Assembly: GCA_044220495.1 (NCBI GenBank)
Contig: JBGAQY010000002.1
Coordinates: forward strand, 88,966-152,965
Direction of reading: 5' to 3'
Length of the DNA stretch: 64,000 nt
Source: Acidimicrobiales bacterium
GTDB taxonomy: Bacteria > Actinomycetota > Acidimicrobiia > Acidimicrobiales > JBBSGY01
Part shown: positions 1-9,855 of the stretch, piece after piece
Layout of the letters: each line of letters begins with the position of its first letter
Numbering within the stretch: the stretch's first letter is position 1
Notes under the pieces: generated by a model
Databases searched by the model: none
What the model was told of the DNA's origin: nothing
Seen by the model: the letters and a program-made list of their open reading frames with translations, nothing else
Translations under genes and position numbers: made by a program

Positions 1-360
1 GTAGCAGTGCCAGCAGACTTCTTGCCCAAAGCCACCGGCACACCAAAACCAGCGACTTGGTCGACTTCGGGAATTGCAGCAGCGAGCTCTTCGCCGTAAC
101 GCTCAGCCATGCAACCAGTGACGACCAGTTGCGCATCGGGACGACGAATCTCTGACATCTGCAGCACAGTCTCGATCGACTCTTCGCGCGCAATGTCAAT
201 GAACGCGCACGTGTTGACGACAACGACATCGGCTTCGTCAACACTGTTTGCCGCGACCAAACCGTCGCGCTGAAACGACCCAATCAGTTTGTCTGAATCA
301 ACCTGATTTTTAGGGCAGCCGAGCGTCTCGACCCAGTATCGCTTGGCGCTATTGGACACC
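1..360 (-). CDS. rimO: Methylthiotransferase N-terminus (RimO-like, MiaB not excluded); 5' part only, gene runs off the window
   Basis: Not in the ORF track. My reverse-strand translation from GTG at 360 reads VSNSAKRYWVETLGCPKNQVDSDKLIGSFQRDGLVAANSVDEADVVVVNTCAFIDIAREESIETVLQM...VVTGCMAERYGEEL. This matches the MTTase N-terminal domain, with an LGCPKNxVDS / NTCxFI / VTGC pattern. Confidence 0.65.
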
Positions 361-414
361 CGACAACTCTAGTGGCATTGGCCCGCAACCTTTCATGCAG
401 GACAAACGTCGCTT

Positions 415-1266
415 CTAATCGATCTGGAGACCCGCCATATCGGGCTCGATGACGAGTGCTTGGCCATCGATACCAGCCTCTTTCATGGCAAGTTCACCAG
501 CGCTACGCACACGCTCGCCGCGATCGGCGCCGATGCACAACCCAAGAAGAGTCGGACCCGCACCTGACCAGCAAGCAGCCGACGCGCCTGCTCCGACGAG
601 CGCCGACATCAGGTCTTTGGATTCGGGAAACAATGCAGCAGCCCGGTGGTCTTGGTGCAAACGGTCGCCCATTACTTCAGGCTTCATGCCCGACGCATCA
701 CCGAGGGCAGCAATAAGCCACCCAAGGCGACCGAGGTTGAAGGCAGCATCGCTCAGCGGAACCTGCGACGGAAGTGCCTCGCGAGCGACTTTTGTCGACA
801 AAGTGCGGTCAGGAACGAGCACGACAAAGGCAAGATCGGGATCCAAAAACAACGGCGTGGCAACAGGTTTGTCGTCGACCATCGTGGCCGTGATCAATCC
901 ACCCATTACCGACGCGGCCGCATTTTCTGGATGGCCTTCAAACCGCGTGGCCAACGCAAGAGGGTCGTCGACACCGGCGGCGGCCGCGGTTGCGACGGCG
1001 AGAGCGGCCGACGAGCCGAGACCCCGCGCCAGCGGAATGTCTGATTTCACGCTGATGGCGAGACGGTCATGCCCCACGACATCTTTCGCAACTCGCGCAG
1101 CGAGGTGTTCTGCATTTGACGGGATGTCTGAACCTTCGCCAGAGCTGGTGATCGTCAAAGCGCCTGCGGGTTCGATTTCGACCTCGACGTAAACCGACAA
1201 TGCCAATGCCAGAGTGTCAAAACCTGGACCCAAATTGGCGGCTGAACCGGGTACTCGTGCTCGCAT
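415..1266 (-). CDS. thrB: Homoserine kinase
   Basis: GHMP-kinase motifs are present: SAANLGPGFD, PLARGLGSSAA, EGHPENAAASVMGG. The start at ATG 1266 (MRARVPGSAANLGPGFD) fits ThrB N-termini better than the track start at 1308. Confidence 0.9.
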   Translation of the reverse strand: MRARVPGSAANLGPGFDTLALALSVYVEVEIEPAGALTITSSGEGSDIPSNAEHLAARVAKDVVGHDRLAISVKSDIPLARGLGSSAALAVATAAAAGVDDPLALATRFEGHPENAAASVMGGLITATMVDDKPVATPLFLDPDLAFVVLVPDRTLSTKVAREALPSQVPLSDAAFNLGRLGWLIAALGDASGMKPEVMGDRLHQDHRAAALFPESKDLMSALVGAGASAACWSGAGPTLLGLCIGADRGERVRSAGELAMKEAGIDGQALVIEPDMAGLQID

Positions 1267-1390
1267 GCCGAGGCAGCGTAGAGGCAACTGAGAGCTTTCC
1301 AGAAACACGACTTATCGGACGTAACGAAACTACATGAGGGCGCCGACAAAATCTTCCGTACAGGCATTATGATGCGATATTCTTTGACGT

Positions 1391-2770
1391 ATGGCTGTTC
1401 CGGTTATCGCAAAAGTCGCACTCAATCGCAAGGTGCGAAAAGCGGTCATTCGAGTCGCAATCATTTTGATTGCTGTCATTTGCTTAATTCTTGCTTACCT
1501 CTTCGGCAGTCTTTTCGGTCTCGCCAACGAGGCGTTCGCCAAAAGCTCGAGCAACTACAACCAAGGCTCGTGTTCGGCCCCCACCGGCGCTTGGGTGCCA
1601 GCCGGCCCCGACGCAACCGGATACAACCAGAGCATCGTCAACATTGCTTACGAAGTCGCTGTGCAGCGCGGCGCCAGCGACCGTGTCGTTCTTGCACTGA
1701 TTGAAACCGGCATTGTTGAAACGGGCATGCGCAACCTCGCCAACGACGGCATCGACCACAACGGTGAGGACTACACCGGCACCCCCGTTACACCGGCGTC
1801 GATTGCTGCAGCCAAACTGTCGATGGATCTGCCCCACGACTGGTGGCGTCCAGATCGTGAGTTTGGTTCCGACCACGCATCAGTCAACTTCCTCCAACAA
1901 CAACCATGGTGGGCCGGCCCAGACTGGGAAACCGATCCCCTTGCGGCCATCAAGCGTTTGATGGACCCTGCTTTTGCAACGGGCAAATTCCTCGACAGCG
2001 CTATCGACGTTGATGGACAGTACGGTCCCGAAGTTGCCGCCGGAACGTTGGCGCAAAAGGTTCAGCAATCAAACCGTCCTGACGCTTACAACCAACACGA
2101 AGGTGAAGCACAGGAACTGTTGGCCGTTGCAAAGACTGCTTACGCAAATCGTCCAACCACGACGACGACAACCACTGCTGCACCCGGTGGCACACCTGGT
2201 TCGTCAACAACAACTACAGCTGCACCCGCCGGCGGCGTGTCGTGCAACGGCGGCGACGGCAACTGGTCGGGTCAAACAAAAGACTTCACTAACGTCGACG
2301 GTGAGTTCCCTGACAACGGCCAGACATACACAGTCAAGGTTCCTGATGGGCCTGCCGGTATTGCGGTATCAGCCGCACTAAGCCAATTGGGCGTGCGTTA
2401 TAGCTGGGGCGGTGGAAACATGAGCGGGCCCACGGTGGGCATTCGCGATGGTGCCAACGGCGACGCACATAACGACTACGCAACCCCTGGCTTCGACTGT
2501 TCAGGTCTGATGGAATACGCGTGGGGCAAAGCGCTCAACCGCAGCATCGGTGATTACACCGGGTCGCAGGTTGCAATGAACCCCGAAGTCACCGGCGACA
2601 AACTGCCGGGCGATCTCGTGTTCTGGGCGGCAGGAGATCTGCACCACGTTGCTATGTACCTCGGCGACGGTCTCATCGTTGAGGCACCACAAAGCGGTAC
2701 GGTCGTTCACATTCGCCCGATCACTTCACACTCAGAGGAGATCCACAGTTGGCACCGTCCTCAGTACTGA
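1391..2770 (+). CDS. Secreted or membrane-anchored peptidoglycan hydrolase: N-terminal TM, uncharacterised N-domain, Thr-rich linker, C-terminal NlpC/P60 endopeptidase
   Basis: The C-terminus GFDCSGLMEYAWG...GDLVFW...HHVAMYLGDGLIVEAPQSG gives the NlpC/P60 Cys and His motifs. The N-terminal hydrophobic segment is RVAIILIAVICLILAYLFGSLFG. The linker is a poly-Thr run, TTTTTTTAAPGGTPGSSTTTTAAP. Confidence 0.85.
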   Translation: MAVPVIAKVALNRKVRKAVIRVAIILIAVICLILAYLFGSLFGLANEAFAKSSSNYNQGSCSAPTGAWVPAGPDATGYNQSIVNIAYEVAVQRGASDRVVLALIETGIVETGMRNLANDGIDHNGEDYTGTPVTPASIAAAKLSMDLPHDWWRPDREFGSDHASVNFLQQQPWWAGPDWETDPLAAIKRLMDPAFATGKFLDSAIDVDGQYGPEVAAGTLAQKVQQSNRPDAYNQHEGEAQELLAVAKTAYANRPTTTTTTTAAPGGTPGSSTTTTAAPAGGVSCNGGDGNWSGQTKDFTNVDGEFPDNGQTYTVKVPDGPAGIAVSAALSQLGVRYSWGGGNMSGPTVGIRDGANGDAHNDYATPGFDCSGLMEYAWGKALNRSIGDYTGSQVAMNPEVTGDKLPGDLVFWAAGDLHHVAMYLGDGLIVEAPQSGTVVHIRPITSHSEEIHSWHRPQY

Positions 2771-2774
2771 TCCG

Positions 2775-3503
2775 ATGAGTAACTGGCAAAATCAGTCGGG
2801 CCTCAATGGCGAACCAAAGACGAAGCTCTACATCGCTGCGGCTTTGATGACCGTGCTTGTCATCGTCCTGGCTGTCGTTCTCCTGAAAGTTGCCGAGTCG
2901 AATCAGAACGACAACAAGCAGAACGCGGCAGCCCAAGGTCAAGCGAGCGGCAAGACCGCGACAACTCTCGCTGACGGGGCGACGACAACAACTGATCCAG
3001 AAACCAAGGTTCCGCGCGACAAGACAACAACGACCACGGCTTATCGAGGCAAGAAGTTTCTCGACCCCAACAAAGCCGAGAGCGCGCAAGGCCTGTATCT
3101 TTCGCCCGCTCAGCTCGCTGACCGCTACCCCGAGTCGAGCTCAGGCCTGAGCCCCAAAGACTTCGATGCGTCGGTTGAGATTGCCAAAGCATTCGTATTG
3201 GCCGACACGACAGGACAAGGCGCGACACGATTCTCGCAATACTTCGAAGTCGCCGGCGGCCCGACCCCATGGGTCAGGGGCTACCAGTTCCAGTTTGCTA
3301 CAGCCATGAAGACGACCGACTCGAACATCACCAAGACGATCGTCTACTTCTCAGGCACGAAGGAAAGTGGCAGCTCGTTCTCGCAAGCTCGCGAAGTGAT
3401 CTACTTCCAAAAGACCGACAACGGCGTAACACCAATGTTGCGTAACGACGTGTTTGCACGCGGGTTTGAATCGCCAGGATACGACCTCACGATTTACGAC
3501 TGA
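2775..3503 (+). CDS. Membrane-anchored hypothetical protein with a Thr-rich linker, coupled to the upstream P60 gene
   Basis: ATG at 2775 lies 5 nt after the P60 stop. The product MSNWQNQ...KLYIAAALMTVLVIVLAVVLLKV has a single TM followed by a T-rich region. No family recognised. Confidence 0.5.
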   Translation: MSNWQNQSGLNGEPKTKLYIAAALMTVLVIVLAVVLLKVAESNQNDNKQNAAAQGQASGKTATTLADGATTTTDPETKVPRDKTTTTTAYRGKKFLDPNKAESAQGLYLSPAQLADRYPESSSGLSPKDFDASVEIAKAFVLADTTGQGATRFSQYFEVAGGPTPWVRGYQFQFATAMKTTDSNITKTIVYFSGTKESGSSFSQAREVIYFQKTDNGVTPMLRNDVFARGFESPGYDLTIYD

Positions 3504-3566
3504 GTCGACTAGTCGTTGATCGCTAACGCAAGCAGCCCCCGGAGGGCCAACGCACGATTCGACGTG

Positions 3567-5939
3567 TCAGCCGACGCGCTCTTCGAGTTCTTCCACGGTC
3601 ATCAACACGGCGCGCGCCTTCGAGCCTTCTGACGGACCAACAACCCCGCGCTCTTCGAGCAGATCCATCAATCGACCAGCTCGTGCGAAACCTACGCGCA
3701 ACTTGCGTTGCAACATCGATGTCGAACCCAGTTTCGAGCGCACAACAAGCTCCATCGCCTGTTCTAGAAGCTCATCGTCGTCACTGTCGCCGCCAGCAAA
3801 CATGCCGTCGCCACCGCCTGTGATGACATCGCCGCCTTTGTCTTCGACGCCCTCGACATACTCGGCACCGCCCTGACGCTTCCAGTGCGCAGCGACACGC
3901 TTCACTTCATCTTCGCCAACCCACGCACCTTGAATGCGTCGCGCAACGCTCGAACTCGCACCAAGCAACAACATGTCGCCTTGCCCGATCAAACGCTCGG
4001 CGCCTGGCTGATCAAGGATGACCCGACTGTCGGCCAGCGACGACACTGCAAAAGCTAAGCGTGACGGCACGTTGGCCTTGATGACACCGGTGATGACGTT
4101 GACCGACGGACGCTGCGTTGCCAACACAAGGTGGATGCCAACAGCGCGAGCCATCTGCGCAATGCGGGTGATCGATGCCTCGACATCGCGGGCAGCCACC
4201 ATCATCAAGTCATTCAGCTCGTCGACGACAACAAGGATGAATGCCAGTCGCGGATATTGCTTGGGCTCGCCGCCGGGCACTTCGGGCTCGACAGTTAAAT
4301 CGCCGCGGTCATAAGCCTGGTTGTAACCGGTGATGTCACGTACACCCACTTCGGCCAGCAAGTCGTAGCGACGCTCCATCTCAGTGACAGCCCATTGCAG
4401 CGCGTTGGCAGCCTTCTTGGGATTGGTGACAACTTGCGTGAGCAAGTGAGGCAGACCGTTGTATTGACCGAGCTCGACACGCTTAGGGTCGATGAGGATC
4501 ATGCGCACTTGATCGGGCGTGTTGCGCATTAGTACTGACGTAATGAGCGAATTGATGCAGCTCGACTTACCGGCGCCCGTCGCACCAGCAATCAAAATGT
4601 GGGGCATCGTCGCCAAGTTGGCCAGCACCGACCGACCAGCGATATCGCGGCCGATGCCAACTTCGAGCGGATGCGTGGCGCGGTGCGCTTCTTCTGACGC
4701 CAAGATGTCGCCAAGAGCAACCAGCGAGCGATCACGGTTGGGCACCTCGATGCCGATCGCCGAACGCCCGGGGATCGGCGCCAAAATGCGCACATCAGCT
4801 GCAGCCATTGCGTAGGCAATGTCTTTGTGCAGGTTGGTGACCTTCGACACTTTCACACCAGGGCCGAGTTCGAGTTCGTAACGCGTAATCGACGGGCCAA
4901 CCGTCATGCCGACCAAGCGCGTTTCAACGCCATGAGAGGCCAGCGCGAGTTCAAGACTTCGCCCGCCTGCTTCGAGCAGACGTCGATCAACCGATTGCGC
5001 CTTGGCGCGCTTCAAAAGACTGAGCGGAGGTAACTTCCAGTTTGTGGGCTCAGCCAATGGGCCAAGGCCGATCGCCAGCTGCTTGGCCGAAGTCGCTTGC
5101 GCTTCAGCGGGCACACGAATGACGACCTCTTTGGCTTCTTCTTCGTCGTCTTCGTCACCAAGGTCATCGAACTCTTCTTCTTCGTCGATGACTTCGATCT
5201 CGTCGTCGTGCTCGCCGGCCGGAAGTTCTTCAAGGTCGAGATCAACAATTTCTTCACTGTCGAGATCGAGAACCGTGTCGTCTTCATCGAGACGCTTCGC
5301 CATTGCTTCGTCGTTTCGTCGTTGCAAACGATCGGCAATCGCGTGACCAAAGTCAGACGCATACGCCGTCGTCACTTCAACAACCGTGCGCACCGACAAA
5401 CTGAGCAACACGAGAGCGCCCAGAACGAAAACCGTGCCAAAGATGATGCCGGCACCCCACGGCCCCAAGAAGCTGCGAAGCGAACCGGCGACAACAATGC
5501 CGACGTATCCGCCAGCGCCGCGCACGGCGTCGGCGGTGCTCTCGAAATCGGGGGCGCCGCCCCACAGGTGCGAGAAACCAATTACGGCAATCGTTATCAA
5601 GACAAGACCGATGGCGACGCGGTCGGGCTCGTTGCGCAAACGCTCACGCATAAGTGCGGTGCCAACGCCCGCGAAGATCACCGGCAGCATGAAACGCGCC
5701 CACCCGATTGCGTAGGCCGTGCCCGAGTCGAGGCCCCGACCCGCAGGCCCGAGGATGTCGACGTAGATACCGAGGGCGGCCAGCACGCCGGCCATCAACA
5801 GCACGATGCCCCAAACGTCGTCAGACTGACGCCCTAAGTGTTCGGCAATCGACTCTCGAAGACGGACCAATGCCGAAGGACGAGCGTTTTTGCGTCGTCT
5901 GCCTGCTGATTTTCTGGATCGTGATGCTGTTTTTGCCAC
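3567..5939 (-). CDS. ftsK: DNA translocase FtsK/SpoIIIE
   Basis: 790 aa with N-terminal TM segments and an acidic linker. Walker A is GATGAGKSS and Walker B is LVVVDELNDLMM. The C-terminal winged-helix gamma domain reads STSMLQRKLRVGFARAGRLMDLLE. Confidence 0.95.
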   Translation of the reverse strand: MAKTASRSRKSAGRRRKNARPSALVRLRESIAEHLGRQSDDVWGIVLLMAGVLAALGIYVDILGPAGRGLDSGTAYAIGWARFMLPVIFAGVGTALMRERLRNEPDRVAIGLVLITIAVIGFSHLWGGAPDFESTADAVRGAGGYVGIVVAGSLRSFLGPWGAGIIFGTVFVLGALVLLSLSVRTVVEVTTAYASDFGHAIADRLQRRNDEAMAKRLDEDDTVLDLDSEEIVDLDLEELPAGEHDDEIEVIDEEEEFDDLGDEDDEEEAKEVVIRVPAEAQATSAKQLAIGLGPLAEPTNWKLPPLSLLKRAKAQSVDRRLLEAGGRSLELALASHGVETRLVGMTVGPSITRYELELGPGVKVSKVTNLHKDIAYAMAAADVRILAPIPGRSAIGIEVPNRDRSLVALGDILASEEAHRATHPLEVGIGRDIAGRSVLANLATMPHILIAGATGAGKSSCINSLITSVLMRNTPDQVRMILIDPKRVELGQYNGLPHLLTQVVTNPKKAANALQWAVTEMERRYDLLAEVGVRDITGYNQAYDRGDLTVEPEVPGGEPKQYPRLAFILVVVDELNDLMMVAARDVEASITRIAQMARAVGIHLVLATQRPSVNVITGVIKANVPSRLAFAVSSLADSRVILDQPGAERLIGQGDMLLLGASSSVARRIQGAWVGEDEVKRVAAHWKRQGGAEYVEGVEDKGGDVITGGGDGMFAGGDSDDDELLEQAMELVVRSKLGSTSMLQRKLRVGFARAGRLMDLLEERGVVGPSEGSKARAVLMTVEELEERVG

Positions 5940-6051
5940 AGTGCGAAAAGGCTAGTTCCGGGTTGGGACAAAGGCGGGCACCTACGAGCGGGAACTTTGT
6001 CTGATTTTCGACCGTGACGCGCGAGCTCGTGCAGGGCTCTGTAGAGCCGTC

Positions 6052-6633
6052 ATGACAGTTCTCGCCGTGCCCTCCTCGGGGCATCCAACCATCAACAGGA
6101 TCCGTGCCATACCGTCGCCGATCGACGTGACCGAAGCACTGCATGATTTCGAGAGCTTCTATCGGCGTGAGTTTCCTCGTCTTGCCGGATCACTTCGGCT
6201 TGTGTGCGGCGATCAATCTCTAGCCGAAGAACTCGCACAAGAAGCCTTTGCTCGCGCGCTCAATCATTGGGAACGCCTCGAACGCTACGACCGCCCTGCT
6301 GGTTGGGCTTATCGCACAGGCTTCAACTTGCTACGACGTCACTGGCAACGCTCGAAGTTGGCCGACATCCCAATCGATGACGCGTCGATTCAGATCGCTG
6401 CACCGACACAACGAGATGCGCCGATCGATCTCGTACAGGTGCTGTCGATCCTCCCCTTGCAACAACGTCAAGCCGTTGTGTTGCGCCACGTTCTTGACTA
6501 CTCATCGGACGAAGCTGCGGAAATCCTCGAGGTGAGCACCGGCGCATTGCGAATGACGTTGCACCGCGCCATCGCAACGCTTCGCACAAAGGCCAATCTC
6601 GAATTAGAGGACGAAGAAAGGAGCGACTCGTGA
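6052..6633 (+). CDS. ECF-type sigma-70 family RNA polymerase sigma factor
   Basis: Region 2 is AEELAQEAFARALNHWERLERYDRPAGWAYRTGFNLLRRHWQR. Region 4 is LPLQQRQAVVLRHVLDYSSDEAAEILEVSTGALRMTLHRA. Confidence 0.85.
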   Translation: MTVLAVPSSGHPTINRIRAIPSPIDVTEALHDFESFYRREFPRLAGSLRLVCGDQSLAEELAQEAFARALNHWERLERYDRPAGWAYRTGFNLLRRHWQRSKLADIPIDDASIQIAAPTQRDAPIDLVQVLSILPLQQRQAVVLRHVLDYSSDEAAEILEVSTGALRMTLHRAIATLRTKANLELEDEERSDS

Positions 6634-7181
6634 ACAATCAATTGAGTTCGCTCTTCGAACCCATGGCGATACCACCAAATGGGCTCGAAGACGTACGCCG
6701 CAGGGCTCGCCGCCACGCCATCGTTCACCAATTACGCGTGACGATCGCCAGTGCAATCGCCGTTGTCATGACCGTTGTCGGCTTACTGTTCGCGTCGACT
6801 TCACCAAACTTCTCGATAGCGATGCAAGGCAACTCGGCCTCGGTAGCAGACTCGTCGGCTGAAGCACCAGCCAACCCTGCGGCCGACGCCGGCGTCGCAT
6901 CGAGCCCACAAGCAAAGTCGAATGACGCACTCTCGGCCCGACCTTCGACGACGGAACACACGGTCGAAGACGATCGCCACGACGTGTTATCGAGGCTCGG
7001 CTACTACTACCTGTTCTTGAGCCTGCCCCTTGCGATGTTGGCCGCAATCGTGGCGCTAGTCACGACCAAGCGAGCCTCAACACCTCAACGGCGGTTGCCT
7101 GTCGCGTCACGCGCACTGTTATTGATTGCGTTGATCGGCCCGCTCGTTGCTCAAGCTCTGCGTTGGATCAAACTTCCATAA
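6630..7181 (+). CDS. Putative membrane anti-sigma factor
   Basis: GTGA start/stop overlap with the ECF sigma gene. Short cytoplasmic N-terminus, then a TM (ASAIAVVMTVVGLLFAS) and C-terminal TMs. No recognisable zinc-binding anti-sigma motif, so the call rests on position. Confidence 0.45.
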   Translation: MNNQLSSLFEPMAIPPNGLEDVRRRARRHAIVHQLRVTIASAIAVVMTVVGLLFASTSPNFSIAMQGNSASVADSSAEAPANPAADAGVASSPQAKSNDALSARPSTTEHTVEDDRHDVLSRLGYYYLFLSLPLAMLAAIVALVTTKRASTPQRRLPVASRALLLIALIGPLVAQALRWIKLP

Positions 7182-8829
7182 CGACAGGAACGATCATCGG
7201 CTTGCGCCGTGTGCGCTCGCTGACAAACGATCCCAACGCCTTGCGCGCAACGCGCCTCACGTTTTCAAGATCTTTCATCGCGTCAGGGTCGAGTTGTTCG
7301 AGTCGCTCTTTGACAGTCGCTTCCGCTTCGCCCAACAGCTCTTCAGCCTCTGGCGCGTAAACCCAACCTCGCGTGAACACCTGTGGGCCGCTAATCACGC
7401 GTCCTTCAGCAACATCGACCGTGACGACAACCATCACCACGCCCTCTTGAGCAAGCACTTGGCGATCTCGCAGCACGCCTCGGCCAACATCTGATGTGCT
7501 TCCGTCGACGTACAAGTAACCGGCTGGCACTTGCCCCACAAAGTCGATTCCGTCGTCGGTTATCTCAACGACGTCGCCGTCTTCACACAACAACACGTTG
7601 TCGGGTGAGACGCCCATCTCTACGGCCAGACGGCTGTGATGAGTGAGATGACGGAACTCGCCGTGCACGGGGATGAAGTATTCAGGTTTGGCAACGTTGA
7701 GCATCACCTTCAACTCGTCTTGTCGAGCGTGCCCACTTGCATGGACGGGCTCAAGACCTGAGTGCACAACCTCAGCACCGCGCCGATAGAGACCGTCGAT
7801 GACTTTGCCAACACTTGTTTCATTGCCGGGGATCGGGTGCGAACTCAGAATGACAACATCGTCTTCACCGATGTCGAGCCACTTGCTCTGACCCGACGCC
7901 ATCAATGAAAGGGCCGACATTGGTTCGCCTTGTGAACCGGTCGAAATGATGCATAGCTTGCTGGGAGGGTAGTCCTTGGCTTTTTCGATCGGTATCAGCG
8001 CGTTCTCGTCAATGTGCAACAAGCCCATCTCGCGGGCCAATGCAACGTTCTTGCCCATCGAACGCCCGAGCGTTGCAATCATGCGTCCGCTAGCAATCGC
8101 TGCGTCAGCAACTTGTTGAACGCGGTGAATGTGACTCGCAAAGCAAGCAACAACAAGACGTTGATTGCGATGGCGAATGAACACCTCGCGCAACACATCA
8201 CCAATGCTCGACTCACTCGGCGTGTGACCGGGTTCTTCGGCATTGGTTGAATCGGAAAGCAACAAACGGATGCCGTCACTGCCCGCCAACGCACCAATGC
8301 GGGCAAGGTCGGCGCGGCGACCATCGATCGGTGTTAGATCGAGCTTGAAATCACCCGTGTGAAACACGACACCTTGAGGAGTGTGAAAAGCAAGTGCGAA
8401 CGCGTGTGGCACGGAGTGCGTTGTCGGCACGAACTCGACATCAAACGGACCAATCGTGCGCCGCTCACCGTCTTGCACAGACACAAACTGTGTGCGATCG
8501 AGCAGGCCGGCCTCTTCGATGCGATTGCGCGCAAGCCCGAGCGTGAGTTCGGAGCTGTAGATCGGAAAGCTCACATCTTTCAACAAGTACGACAACGCGC
8601 CCATGTGATCTTCGTGGCCGTGCGTGATGATTGCGGCTTCGACTCGATCAGCGTTCTCGTGCAGGTATGTGAAGTCAGGCAGCACCAAGTCGACACCGGG
8701 CATGTCGGTGTCGGGGAACATGAGGCCTACGTCGATCAACAACAAACGGTTGTCAATTTCGATAGCTGCGCAATTGCGCCCGATCTCACCGAGACCGCCG
8801 AAAAAATAGAGACGAACAGGATCAGCCAT
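7168..8829 (-). CDS. rnj: Ribonuclease J
   Basis: 553 aa. Metallo-beta-lactamase/beta-CASP motifs include ITHGHEDHMGAL. The length and the FFGGLGEIGRNC N-terminus are typical of RNase J. Confidence 0.95.
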   Translation of the reverse strand: MADPVRLYFFGGLGEIGRNCAAIEIDNRLLLIDVGLMFPDTDMPGVDLVLPDFTYLHENADRVEAAIITHGHEDHMGALSYLLKDVSFPIYSSELTLGLARNRIEEAGLLDRTQFVSVQDGERRTIGPFDVEFVPTTHSVPHAFALAFHTPQGVVFHTGDFKLDLTPIDGRRADLARIGALAGSDGIRLLLSDSTNAEEPGHTPSESSIGDVLREVFIRHRNQRLVVACFASHIHRVQQVADAAIASGRMIATLGRSMGKNVALAREMGLLHIDENALIPIEKAKDYPPSKLCIISTGSQGEPMSALSLMASGQSKWLDIGEDDVVILSSHPIPGNETSVGKVIDGLYRRGAEVVHSGLEPVHASGHARQDELKVMLNVAKPEYFIPVHGEFRHLTHHSRLAVEMGVSPDNVLLCEDGDVVEITDDGIDFVGQVPAGYLYVDGSTSDVGRGVLRDRQVLAQEGVVMVVVTVDVAEGRVISGPQVFTRGWVYAPEAEELLGEAEATVKERLEQLDPDAMKDLENVRRVARKALGSFVSERTRRKPMIVPVVMEV

Positions 8830-8894
8830 TTACCCGACAGACTAGAGGCTTTGGTGCGCCAACAACGGCCCAATGCGTTGATTAGGGTCTTGTC

Positions 8895-9761
8895 GTGGAA
8901 GACGGCCGACACAACGACGATTACGAGTCAGATGCCGACTCTTTCGACGATGCTGCCGAATCCGCCGACTCTGCAAACGACAGCCCCGAATCGAATCAGC
9001 TTCGAGCCAGTCGCCCAACGCCTAAGCGCCCAAGCAAGCTCATCGTCACGCTGACACTGACACCGATCATTGCACTGACGATTGCTGCGAATGTCGGCCA
9101 ACGAACGGCAACTGCACTAGTTGACAGCCATCCGCTGTTGTTGCTGTGGCTCAACCCGAGCAACCTGATCATGGCCGCAACAACGCCGGCCATCGCAGCA
9201 ACGGTCTTTTTCACAGTTGTGTTGGTCCGCCGGCTGATTTGCGACCCCCTCTACTTCTTGCTTGGTCGTTGGTATGGCGACGCCGCTGTGCGTTGGATCG
9301 AAAAGAAGTCGCCCGACATTGGTTCGATTCTCACCACGCTCGAAGAGTGGTTTCCGCGATGGGGTCGCGTGATCATCTTTTTCTACCCGCACGCGGCAGT
9401 GATCTTGATGGCCGGCGCTTCGTCAATGAGCCTTGCAACCTTCATGCTCTACGACTTCCTCGGAACCGTGGCCGTCATCATTGCGATCCGCTGGTTTGGT
9501 GACGTGGCCAAAGATCAGATCACAGGTGTCACAGGCTGGATGGGCGATCACCAGATTGCGTTCGGCATCTTGTCGGTCGTCTTGTTGGCGTACTACTTCT
9601 GGAGCTTCCGCAGCAAAGACACCGCCGCCGTGCCCGGGGTGCACCAGATGGAAGACGAACTCGAAGAAGAGAGCCGCCTCGACCCCGACCAAAGCGCGAG
9701 CGGCACCTCAAGACGGCCGCCACCGACAGGCTCAGCCGACGACGACACCGATTGGCGCTGA
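8895..9761 (+). CDS. Polytopic membrane protein, possibly DedA/VTT-like, with acidic termini
   Basis: Several hydrophobic segments and a CDPLYFLLGRWYG motif that weakly resembles the VTT/DedA core. Family assignment is tentative. Confidence 0.45.
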   Translation: MEDGRHNDDYESDADSFDDAAESADSANDSPESNQLRASRPTPKRPSKLIVTLTLTPIIALTIAANVGQRTATALVDSHPLLLLWLNPSNLIMAATTPAIAATVFFTVVLVRRLICDPLYFLLGRWYGDAAVRWIEKKSPDIGSILTTLEEWFPRWGRVIIFFYPHAAVILMAGASSMSLATFMLYDFLGTVAVIIAIRWFGDVAKDQITGVTGWMGDHQIAFGILSVVLLAYYFWSFRSKDTAAVPGVHQMEDELEEESRLDPDQSASGTSRRPPPTGSADDDTDWR

Positions 9762-9855
9762 CCAGGGAAAACGCCTCTGCGGGCGTTGGCGAGCAGGCAC
9801 AAGATCCCTGCCAGAGGCCTTTTTTCGGCCGTTTTGGTTGCCGATATAGAGAGAG

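Noticed and set aside
1309-1390. A cyclic-di-AMP (ydaO-type) riboswitch upstream of the NlpC/P60 hydrolase, as is common in Actinobacteria
   Set aside because: The gap between the thrB start region and the P60 start is only about 80-125 nt. I could not recognise the conserved pseudo-symmetric ydaO helices or ACGGGGA-type motifs. Only a covariance-model scan could settle it.
8895-9761. Reading the membrane protein upstream of the T7SS ATPase as a missing T7SS core component (EccD- or EssB-like)
   Set aside because: It is too short, with too few TM segments for EccD (11 TM plus a Ubl domain), and it has no pseudokinase-like EssB domain. The weak CDPLYFLLGRWYG motif points to a DedA/VTT-like protein instead.
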